Positions 36,674-44,713 of a stretch of 64,000 bases of DNA are shown piece by piece. Below the pieces are notes generated by a model. It was not told where the DNA came from. It did not search any database and worked only from the letters and a program-made list of their open reading frames with translations. Position numbers and translations under genes: made by a program. The DNA is from Clostridia bacterium. Its GTDB lineage: Bacteria > Bacillota > Clostridia > Oscillospirales > CAG-272. The stretch lies in contig JAFTXE010000078.1 of assembly GCA_017461745.1 (NCBI GenBank), positions 30,282 through 94,281 of the forward strand. Direction: 5' to 3'. Each line of letters starts with the position of its first letter. Position 1 is the first letter of the stretch.

Positions 36674-37516
36674 TCATTTCGCCTCCTTTACCATAAACAC
36701 GAATAGCTCCTCAATGCTTATTGGACTTAACTTAAATCCATCGGGAGCGTCTTTTCTTGGCACGATGATCTCAGCGCCGTAGGGCGTTTCTTTTCTGTAT
36801 CTTATTACTTCCTTGTCAAGTTCTGAGAGCTGTTCTATCGTACAATGAATAATGCCGTATTCGGATAAAAGCACGTCCTTTTCCTCGCAAAGTAAGAGCT
36901 TTCCTTTATGAAGAAATGCTATATAGTCGCAGAGCTTTTCAAGGTCACTGACGATATGTGAAGATATAAGAATGGAATGGTTTTCTTCTCTTGTAAAATC
37001 GTAGAACATATCAACTACCTCGTCACGCACAACGGGATCAAGTCCGCTCGTCGGTTCGTCAAGCAGTAACAGTTTTGCTCCGTGTGACATTGCAACGGCA
37101 ATACCGAGCTTCATTTTCATACCACGCGAAAAGTCCTTAAAAGGCTTGTTATCGGGCAGAAACAGCTTTTGCAAAAGTCTGGAGTATTCGTCCTCATTCC
37201 AATTACGAAACGTCTGCTTCATAACATTGCCGATCTGCCTTGCCGTCAAGCATTCGGGCATACCAACATCGTCCATTACGACGCCAACTTCTTCTTTGGT
37301 GAGTGAAATATCCTTTCCGTTATCCTTGCCAAGTATTGTGATCGTTCCGCTGTCCTTATGAAGCATATCCAAGATAAGCTTTATCGTTGTGCTTTTACCT
37401 GCACCGTTCTCTCCTATAAGCCCCATAATACAACCGCTTGGTAAAGTAAGACTTATGTTATCCAAGAAAAATCCCGAAAAGGATTTACTTACATTCTTTA
37501 TTTCAAGTGCGTTCAT
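36674..37516 (-). CDS. ABC transporter ATP-binding protein
   Basis: Walker A GENGAGKST, signature FSRGMKMK, Walker B LLLLDEPTSGLD. Confidence 0.92.
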   Translation of the reverse strand: MNALEIKNVSKSFSGFFLDNISLTLPSGCIMGLIGENGAGKSTTIKLILDMLHKDSGTITILGKDNGKDISLTKEEVGVVMDDVGMPECLTARQIGNVMKQTFRNWNEDEYSRLLQKLFLPDNKPFKDFSRGMKMKLGIAVAMSHGAKLLLLDEPTSGLDPVVRDEVVDMFYDFTREENHSILISSHIVSDLEKLCDYIAFLHKGKLLLCEEKDVLLSEYGIIHCTIEQLSELDKEVIRYRKETPYGAEIIVPRKDAPDGFKLSPISIEELFVFMVKEAK

Positions 37517-37890
37517 TCTTGTTCCTCCATACCGAACGTAATCATTTCTACAATATCGTCACGGCTCAGATTGCACGAGACGGCGAGCTTTGCTATCTGC
37601 TCGATATATTCCTCGATCCTTTTCAGATTTTCCTCACGTAAAAGCTCTACGTTCTTCGGCGCAACGTAACATCCTTTTGCAGGAAGTGTGTAAATAAAGC
37701 CTTCCTTTTCAAGTTCTTCATACGCACGCTTGGTCGTAATAAAGCTGATGCGCAGATCTTTTGCAAGCCCTCGTATAGACGGCAGCATCTCATCCTCTTT
37801 CAACTCACCGCTTATGATCTGATTTTTTATTTGAGAATATATCTGATTATAAATCGGTTCGCCGCTCTTGTTGTCGATTAGAATATTCAC
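37513..37890 (-). CDS. GntR-family transcriptional regulator, YtrA subfamily
   Basis: 125 aa with the wHTH LPSIRGLAKDLRISFITTKRAYEELEKEGFI. GTG start with an AGAGGTGA RBS. The stop overlaps the ATPase start. Confidence 0.85.
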   Translation of the reverse strand: MNILIDNKSGEPIYNQIYSQIKNQIISGELKEDEMLPSIRGLAKDLRISFITTKRAYEELEKEGFIYTLPAKGCYVAPKNVELLREENLKRIEEYIEQIAKLAVSCNLSRDDIVEMITFGMEEQE

Positions 37891-37907
37891 GTCATCACCT
37901 CTGTTAA

Positions 37908-37950
37908 AACTGTATATCTATATTATATACAGTTAGTGCGTTTTTGTCAA
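37908..37950 (-). promoter_or_regulatory. Promoter plus palindromic operator of the YtrA-type operon
   Basis: Minus strand: TTGACA (37945-37950), 17 nt, TATAAT (37922-37927). A 10-bp-arm palindrome, AACTGTATAT-N7-ATATACAGTT (37908-37934), overlaps the -10 and +1. Confidence 0.6.
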
Positions 37951-38070
37951 TAGGTTTTACAAAAATAATTTCAAAAAGTTGTAAACATAAAAAAAGAAAG
38001 ATACGAAAACACCTAAATGTTATCATATCTTTCTTCACCTTAACAATGCGCTTATTTCACGACATGGAAA

Positions 38071-38859
38071 TCAAACGCGTTTTTTTAGTCTGCCCACTAC
38101 CTTACCGCAGCAAACGACCTCGGAATAACCATGCAATAGAATATCACCGTAATCCTTATTGAGAGATATAAGTCTGTCGCCGCCGAACATTTTGAAGTAT
38201 CCATTTCCGTCCAGAACGAATATACCAAGCTCTCCGACCTCAACGGAATCCGTGTCCTCAACGAGCACGATATCGCCGTCGTGATACTTAGGCTCCATAC
38301 TGCTTCCGTTTATGCGCAACGCAAAGTCCGCAATACGCGTTTTATCATTATCGGGAATGGTAATCTCGCTTGTTTCAGCGTCGTCAAGATACACGCCCGT
38401 TCCTGCGGATACGGACAGGTCGTAAAGAAGAATACTTCTTTTTCCGACGCCGCTGACTGTTGAGGGAGTTGAAAGTATCTTTGCTCTTTTAGGCGCAATG
38501 CTTTTTTTCTCGGACACAGAGACAGATGCAAGCTCTGCGCGCTCCGCTTCCATTTTCGCGACCGTATTTACTATATTTTGAGAATAAGGGTCAAGCTTGC
38601 GATACGCTTCGATAAATTCTATCTCATTTGAAGTAAGCAAAAAATTATTATTATTTTCGGGAACACCGCTGACGATATAGTCAAGTGAGCAACCAAGCGC
38701 CTCGGCTATTGCCACTATATTGGAAAGCTTGGGCGAATCGCTGATCCCCGCCATTATTTTACTGAGAGTTCCGAGCGGAATACCCGTCATCTCAGACAAT
38801 TTATCGTTTGTTATTTTCTTTTCACTTTTAATCTTTTTTATTCTTTCAATATAGTCCAT
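38071..38859 (-). CDS. XRE-family HTH plus S24 (LexA/CI-type) self-cleaving repressor
   Basis: N-terminal HTH is KITNDKLSEMTGIPLGTLSKIMAG. The C-terminal S24 catalytic region is INGSSMEP with a later Lys (GYFKMF). ATG at 38859 is preferred. Confidence 0.75.
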   Translation of the reverse strand: MDYIERIKKIKSEKKITNDKLSEMTGIPLGTLSKIMAGISDSPKLSNIVAIAEALGCSLDYIVSGVPENNNNFLLTSNEIEFIEAYRKLDPYSQNIVNTVAKMEAERAELASVSVSEKKSIAPKRAKILSTPSTVSGVGKRSILLYDLSVSAGTGVYLDDAETSEITIPDNDKTRIADFALRINGSSMEPKYHDGDIVLVEDTDSVEVGELGIFVLDGNGYFKMFGGDRLISLNKDYGDILLHGYSEVVCCGKVVGRLKKRV

Positions 38860-38893
38860 AGCGCCCACAGCCTCCAATTCCGTTTATGGAATA

Positions 38894-38922
38894 ATTATAC
38901 CACGTTTTTTGGAGTTTGTAAA
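38894..38922 (-). promoter_or_regulatory. Sigma-A promoter of the XRE-S24 repressor gene
   Basis: Minus strand: TTTACA, 17 nt, TGGTATAAT. Confidence 0.55.
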
Positions 38923-38965
38923 GAGGTTTTTGAAAATTTTATTCCAAAATCGAGTATTTATTGTT

Positions 38966-40207
38966 TTAAATTTCTTGAACGAGCGTTACCAGACTTTTTC
39001 CTATCAGCTCGGCGCTTCTTTGCGCTTCCTCAAGGCTATTTCCGCTTGCGCCCACTTCAAGAAGCAACGAAAAGGGCGCAAGCTCCTGATTATAAGTATT
39101 GGGCTTCAAAAAGACGGGGCGACAGATATTTTCACATTGGGAATTCAGAGAGCTTCTCAGCTTTAGCGCAAGCGAAAGATTATTTTCCCAATCGGGACAA
39201 TCGTCTCCCGCCCAATCGCTCCCCACGACGCACATTATCTGAGCCGCCGCTTCTCCATCAAGCTCAGCCACGGGGCGAACTATCTCTCCGCTTGATTTGA
39301 TTATGGAGTCTCTGTGCACGTCTATAACCAGCTTTATAGTCGGATATTCTTCAAGGTAGTTTTTTATGGTCTCCTCTGCTCTCGCATAAGAATCCTTATA
39401 TTGCACGCTATCGTGCATTATCGTGCAATGAACCGTCGGTATTCCGTTTTTATTCAATATATCCGCAATCGTCTTCCCAACTGCCACCACGTTTTTTTGC
39501 GTGTCCGAGGTTCTTGCGTAATCTCCGTCGTCTTCGCAATACAGCGCACCGTCCTTACTGTAGGCTTCCGTTCCGTGAGTGTGAACTATAAGCACCTGGG
39601 GCTTTGACGATACGGAAAGAAATTCATATCCGCCGTTTCCATTAAGTTTTTTATTCAAGAGATAATAAATATCGGGAGAGTATCCCGTAGAATTATTTAT
39701 ATACCGCTCACCGTACGACGACAAAGACAAGTCCATGGGTATTATCGGAGTATATCCATCGGGGACTACGGAATAATCATAATCGTACAGTCCTCCAAAT
39801 TCAGCACCTACGTCCGTGCTTGGATTATTATTGGGCTTATGCGACTCTTCATCAGTACTCGTCCCGCTCTCCGAGCTATCGGTAATAGCGATAAAGCCGC
39901 CGTCATCCGTTGCTTTTTCATGCCTGCTGCCAAAATCTATACTGACAAAAAAATCGGAAATGCTCTCCGCTATTTTTTTTAATGAGATATTCTCCGCCAA
40001 CGCTTTGTTCCCGCTCCCAATGCCAAACACCAACAACATCGTAACTACGACCACCGTCAGCAAGGTCGTCGTCATATAGACAACGTACCATTTTTTTAAT
40101 ATATTTCTTCTGTTATCGCTATATTCGTAGTCATAAAAATTCACCCTTTTCCCTTCAATTCTCTTTTGTTCTTCCGCTCCTTTGAGTCTACTTTGCCTTT
40201 CTTTCAT
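38966..40207 (-). CDS. spoIIP: Stage II sporulation protein P
   Basis: N-terminal TM segment, VLIVHTHGTEAY, IDVHRD and LLEVGASGNSLEEA motifs. Adjacent to gpr, as in Bacillus. Confidence 0.85.
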   Translation of the reverse strand: MKERQSRLKGAEEQKRIEGKRVNFYDYEYSDNRRNILKKWYVVYMTTTLLTVVVVTMLLVFGIGSGNKALAENISLKKIAESISDFFVSIDFGSRHEKATDDGGFIAITDSSESGTSTDEESHKPNNNPSTDVGAEFGGLYDYDYSVVPDGYTPIIPMDLSLSSYGERYINNSTGYSPDIYYLLNKKLNGNGGYEFLSVSSKPQVLIVHTHGTEAYSKDGALYCEDDGDYARTSDTQKNVVAVGKTIADILNKNGIPTVHCTIMHDSVQYKDSYARAEETIKNYLEEYPTIKLVIDVHRDSIIKSSGEIVRPVAELDGEAAAQIMCVVGSDWAGDDCPDWENNLSLALKLRSSLNSQCENICRPVFLKPNTYNQELAPFSLLLEVGASGNSLEEAQRSAELIGKSLVTLVQEI

Positions 40208-40276
40208 AATTCCTCCTTTAAAACATCAGGTACACAAAAAAGTTTTCTCTGAGGAATTATATTCAGCGTCTGAGAT

Positions 40277-41185
40277 TTATATGACACCCAGAGCCTTATC
40301 TATTGAAAGCGCCAGAATTTCCGATGCGCTTTGTGCTATAATATCGCACTCCTTGGGGGCGACGAAATGATTTTTTCCTCGCTCAAGAATTTTTTCAAGC
40401 TCCAAGCTGATTCTACCGTATTTTGACTTGATAAGCGCATCTCCGATAACCGTGGCGGCTGAAACGACGGTTGGAACGCCCACGGCAATGACGGGAACGC
40501 CGAGAGTCTCTTTCGTTATGCTTGACTGTCTGTTCCCTATTCCCGCCCCCGGGGATATACCTACGTCGGAAATCTGAACGGTAGCGGCAAGTCTGTCGTA
40601 TTCCTTAGCGGCGAGAGCGTCAACGACTATAACTGCGTCAGGAGAGAGCTTATCCGCAACCGCTCTTAACAGCTCAACGCTTTGTATTCCCGTTTCTCCC
40701 ATAACTCCGCAGGCTAACGAATACACGGAGCACACGTCAAGCGTTGAGAATGACTCGGGGCTTATCACTTTTACGTGGCGAGTCACGTTTATTTTTTCCA
40801 CGGTCAGAGGTCCTATACTGTCTGAGGCTATGCGTCTGTTTCCTATTCCCGCAACAAGAAATGACAAATCGGGAGAGATTGTTTTTTTAAGAGCATTTGA
40901 AAGAGCTTGAGACAGCTCCTTGGCAATTATACCGGAAAGCTCCTCCTTCAAGTAAATATCCGCATCGCACAGCCTCGGTGTATATACCGTGATATATCTG
41001 CCTTTTTTACATCCGTACTCCCGTTCCTGCTCCGCGTTTTTTACGTCCAATCTGCAAATTTTGCAAGCGCCTTGAAGTTCTTCCGTAAATAAGCTCTTAT
41101 TTTTTTCGGTATTTTTGTTGTTTAACCGTATTTTTTCTATATACGTATTTTCCATAACGAGATCTGACGTTATATATTTATTCAT
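40277..41185 (-). CDS. gpr: Germination protease GPR (spore endopeptidase)
   Basis: TDLVMEN near the N-terminus, GIGNRRIASDSIGP, VIVVDALAA and GVPVIAVGVPTVV. The true start is the ATG at 41185. Confidence 0.85.
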   Translation of the reverse strand: MNKYITSDLVMENTYIEKIRLNNKNTEKNKSLFTEELQGACKICRLDVKNAEQEREYGCKKGRYITVYTPRLCDADIYLKEELSGIIAKELSQALSNALKKTISPDLSFLVAGIGNRRIASDSIGPLTVEKINVTRHVKVISPESFSTLDVCSVYSLACGVMGETGIQSVELLRAVADKLSPDAVIVVDALAAKEYDRLAATVQISDVGISPGAGIGNRQSSITKETLGVPVIAVGVPTVVSAATVIGDALIKSKYGRISLELEKILERGKNHFVAPKECDIIAQSASEILALSIDKALGVI

Positions 41186-41274
41186 AATATCCTTTCTTAT
41201 GCGGCAAAATAGACAAGTATTATAACGCAATATTGTGCAAACAACCAAAACTAAAAAAGTTAGTGTGTTTATCA

Positions 41275-41303
41275 TTGATTTTAGTGAAAAAAAATGTTAT
41301 AAT
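41275..41303 (+). promoter_or_regulatory. Sigma-A promoter of the substrate-binding protein gene
   Basis: TTGATT, 17 nt, TGTTATAAT. Confidence 0.55.
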
Positions 41304-41368
41304 ATTATGAGTAAATTGCCACTGTTGTGGTGTATAGTTTTTCAAACCATGAGGAGGTTTTCAAGAAA

Positions 41369-43264
41369 ATGATGAAAAGAGTTATTTCTCTTGCTCTCTG
41401 CTTGCTTATGCTCGCTACTGTTCTTGTAGGTTGCGCAGAGAAGGACGAAGACGACAAAGGTGCGTATATCAATATGTATCTTACCGATCAGGTTTATGAC
41501 CTTGACCCCGCGCGCGCTTACAACAACGAGTCTGCTCTCAGACTTGTAAGCCTTGTTTTTGACAACCTGTTTGTTCTTGACGAGGACGGTAAGGTTAAAA
41601 AGTCTCTCGCGAAGGATTATGAGATCCGCGAGGATGAAAATGCCGGTGAATACGAAATGATCATTACGCTTAACGATACCTGCTGGACTGACGGTACTGC
41701 AATTACGGCTAATGATATTTATTATGCTTGGACCCGTGTTCTTCAGTCGAGCAACGATTTTGACGCGGCCGCTCTTCTCTTTGATATCAAGAATGCACGC
41801 GCCGCTAAGGAAGGCGACGTATCTATTGACGACGTCGGAATAAGCGCTATAAACGAAAAGCAGTTCCAGATAATGTTTGAAGAGCCTATCGATTACGACC
41901 AGTTCCTTTTGAATATTACGAGCTATGCACTTGTTCCTCTTCGTGAAGACATTGTAGGTAAGACGGTTGACTGGGCAAAGAAGCCCGCTACCATCTGCTC
42001 AAGCGGTCCATTCAGACTCAGAGAGGTTTCTTATGCTGAGGGCGAGGAAAGATTGATACTTGAGAGAAACGCTTACTATTATCGCGACGTTCTTGAGGAT
42101 GAAATTGACAAGTCGGTTACTCCTTATAGAATTATCGTTGACTACACGCTTTCCGATGAGGATATCAAGGCTAAGTATGAAAAGGGTGAGATATTCTTCG
42201 TTGGCGATATTCCCCTTTCCGTAAGAGGAAGCTTCAAGGATTCCGCTGAGATTACGGATGCTTTGAGCACTCATACATATTTCCTTAATGAAAATGCGGT
42301 GATCAGATATTATTCCGCACGCGCGTTTGAGGATCTCGCATCCGACGAGGATCTTGTTGATCTTAAGAAAAACGCTTGGCTTGAAGAAGCTGCTCTCGTT
42401 GAAGGAACGGACGGCGAAAAGATATTCGCTGACGCTAAGGTAAGAAAAGCTATGTCTCTCGCAATAGACAGAGACGCTATTGCAAATGCCGTAGTATTCG
42501 CTAAGGCTGCTACCGCGCTCGTTCCCTACGGTGTTTATGATTCCAACTCCAAGAAGGACTTATTCAGAGAAGTTGGCGGTGACATAATAGCAACGTCGGC
42601 AGATATGTCTGCGGCAAAGGCACTCCTTTCCGAAGCAGACGTTGATCCCTCCAAGTTTATGTTTGCAATTTCCGTTGCGGCTTACGATGACGTTCATATG
42701 GCAATTGCCGAAATGGTAAAGGCTGCTTGGACCGAGCTTGGCTTCAACGTTCAGATCAAGGCTGTAAATCACATTGAAAACACTGACTACATGAAGTCTA
42801 TCGACGATACTCCTAAGGATATTCGCGACGACGTATTCACCGAGGCATTCTACGAGGGCAAGTTTGAAGTAGCCGCTATCGACTACGTTGCAAAGTCCGC
42901 TGATGCGTTCTCAGTTCTTGCTCCCTTCGCAAAGTGCTTCACAGGACGCGCTGCTTCCTCTGCTCACAGTGTTGATTTTGAAATTCCCACTCACGTCACG
43001 GGTTACAACAGCGAGGATTATAACAATCTTATCGAAGACGCACACGCTGAAAAGGATATAGAGGCTCGCGCTGAAATTCTTCACGACGCCGAAAAGCTTC
43101 TTATCGAAGATATGACCGTAATACCGATAATCTTCAATCAGAACGCAACGCTTGCAAGCGACGATCTTTCCAAGATAAAGTTCACCTACTACGGAACTAT
43201 GATCTTTACAAAGACCAAGCTTAAGGATTACGAGCTTTACGTTCCCAAGGAAGAGGAAGAATAA
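41369..43264 (+). CDS. ABC transporter substrate-binding lipoprotein, family 5 (Opp/Dpp/Nik type), orphan
   Basis: Lipobox LATVLVGC. The length and pattern (LDPARAYN, LVSLVFDNLF, WTDGT.ITANDI) fit the SBP_bac_5 type. No permease or ATPase genes are adjacent. Confidence 0.75.
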   Translation: MMKRVISLALCLLMLATVLVGCAEKDEDDKGAYINMYLTDQVYDLDPARAYNNESALRLVSLVFDNLFVLDEDGKVKKSLAKDYEIREDENAGEYEMIITLNDTCWTDGTAITANDIYYAWTRVLQSSNDFDAAALLFDIKNARAAKEGDVSIDDVGISAINEKQFQIMFEEPIDYDQFLLNITSYALVPLREDIVGKTVDWAKKPATICSSGPFRLREVSYAEGEERLILERNAYYYRDVLEDEIDKSVTPYRIIVDYTLSDEDIKAKYEKGEIFFVGDIPLSVRGSFKDSAEITDALSTHTYFLNENAVIRYYSARAFEDLASDEDLVDLKKNAWLEEAALVEGTDGEKIFADAKVRKAMSLAIDRDAIANAVVFAKAATALVPYGVYDSNSKKDLFREVGGDIIATSADMSAAKALLSEADVDPSKFMFAISVAAYDDVHMAIAEMVKAAWTELGFNVQIKAVNHIENTDYMKSIDDTPKDIRDDVFTEAFYEGKFEVAAIDYVAKSADAFSVLAPFAKCFTGRAASSAHSVDFEIPTHVTGYNSEDYNNLIEDAHAEKDIEARAEILHDAEKLLIEDMTVIPIIFNQNATLASDDLSKIKFTYYGTMIFTKTKLKDYELYVPKEEEE

Positions 43265-43271
43265 TAAAATT

Positions 43272-43305
43272 ATCCGACTGTTCAAATGAACAGTCGGATT
43301 TTTTA
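43272..43305 (+). terminator. Intrinsic terminator
   Basis: ATCCGACTGTTCAAATGAACAGTCGGAT followed by TTTTT. Confidence 0.88.
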
Positions 43306-43326
43306 TATTAAATTCTGCAAAAGCAC

Positions 43327-43355
43327 TTGCAAATTCAAAACAATTGTGTTATAAT
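43327..43355 (+). promoter_or_regulatory. Sigma-A promoter of the pheST leader
   Basis: TTGCAA, 17 nt, TGTTATAAT. Confidence 0.6.
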
Positions 43356-43361
43356 AATATG

Positions 43362-43620
43362 AATACTGAAAATGCATTGATGAAGCTCGCGCCTTTGATA
43401 CCTTACCACAGAGAAGATCGCCTTGGCTGGAAGCGGTCGTAAACGTACTCAGGTCGGCATTTCACTTCGGAGCAGGTTCTGTGAACGCTTATGCTTTTAG
43501 CGGAACTCGGAGACACCGTTACAGTCAACAAGAGAGCTAAAAGCCCTATGCTTTTGGAATTTAGGTGGTACCGCGGAGTATATTACCCCGTCCTATTTAT
43601 TTAGGATGGGGTTTATTTTT
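43362..43620 (+). promoter_or_regulatory. T-box riboswitch leader (Phe specifier) with terminator
   Basis: Conserved T-box AATTTAGGTGGTACCGCGG (43558-43576). AGAGA box in stem I. Candidate specifier UUC-A in CATTTCAC. Terminator CCCCGTCCTA-loop-TAGGATGGGG plus T-run (43586-43620). Upstream of pheS. Confidence 0.88.
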
Positions 43621-43661
43621 ATATCAATAATTAAATTTCACTATAAACGAAAGGAATCCAA

Positions 43662-44675
43662 ATGAAAGAAAAACTTCAAAAAATCAAAGCAGATGCGTTA
43701 GCCGCGATAAATTCGGACAACGCAGATCTTGAACAGATCAGAATTCAATACCTCGGAAAAAAAGGTGAGCTTACCTCCGTGCTTCGCGGAATGGGCGCTC
43801 TCTCCGCTGAGGAACGACCCGTAGTTGGTCAGATTGCCAACGAGGTAAGAGCTGAAATAGAGTCGGCGCTGAAGGTTAAGGCAGAAGCTAAAAAGGACCA
43901 AGAGCTTCAAAAACGTCTTATTTCCGAAAAAATAGACGTTACTCTTCCCTCCAAAGCTGCCACCCCAGGTAAGCTTCATCCATTAGTGCAGGTTCAGAGA
44001 ACTATTGAAGATATTTTTATAGGAATGGGCTTCTCAATTGCGGAAGGTCCTGAGGTTGAATACGATTACTACAACTTCCAAGCGCTCAATATTCCCGAAA
44101 ATCATCCCGCAAGAGACACGCAGGATACGTTTTATATTACCGACAACATACTTCTCCGCTCTCAGACGTCTCCCGTTCAGGTAAGAACCATGGAACATCA
44201 AAAGCCTCCGATAAGAGTTATTTCTCCAGGTCGCGTTTACCGCTCCGACGCAGTTGACGCAACGCACTCTCCTCTGTTCCATCAGGTAGAGGGCTTGGTC
44301 GTTGACAAGGGCATCACCATGGGTGACCTCAAGGGCATGCTTGAGACGTTTGCAAAGACGCTTTTCGGAAATGACACGAGACTTCGTTTCCGTCCTCACC
44401 ACTTCCCGTTCACCGAGCCTTCGGCTGAGGTTGACGTTTCCTGCTTCGTATGCGGCGGAAAGGGTTGCAGAGTCTGCAAGAATGAAGGCTGGATAGAAAT
44501 ACTCGGTTCGGGTATGGTACACCCCTTCGTGCTTTCAAACTGCGGCATTGACCCTGAGGAATACAGCGGCTTCGCATTCGGAATGGGCGTTGAAAGAATT
44601 GCTATGAAATACTACGGTATTGACGATATGCGTCTGCTTTATGAAAACGACACCCGTTTTCTTGAGCAGTTCTGA
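43662..44675 (+). CDS. pheS: Phenylalanine--tRNA ligase alpha subunit
   Basis: [17 protein letters not shown] and GSGMVHP class II motifs. Confidence 0.95.
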   Translation: MKEKLQKIKADALAAINSDNADLEQIRIQYLGKKGELTSVLRGMGALSAEERPVVGQIANEVRAEIESALKVKAEAKKDQELQKRLISEKIDVTLPSKAATPGKLHPLVQVQRTIEDIFIGMGFSIAEGPEVEYDYYNFQALNIPENHPARDTQDTFYITDNILLRSQTSPVQVRTMEHQKPPIRVISPGRVYRSDAVDATHSPLFHQVEGLVVDKGITMGDLKGMLETFAKTLFGNDTRLRFRPHHFPFTEPSAEVDVSCFVCGGKGCRVCKNEGWIEILGSGMVHPFVLSNCGIDPEEYSGFAFGMGVERIAMKYYGIDDMRLLYENDTRFLEQF

Positions 44676-44713
44676 GAGATAGATTATTGAAAGAAAGGTA
44701 CGGTCATATATAA

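Noticed and set aside
38071-38859. Canonical LexA
   Set aside because: The N-terminal domain is an XRE-type HTH, not the LexA winged helix. No Cheo-box (GAAC-N4-GTTC) was seen at its promoter. I called it a CI/HdiR-like repressor instead.
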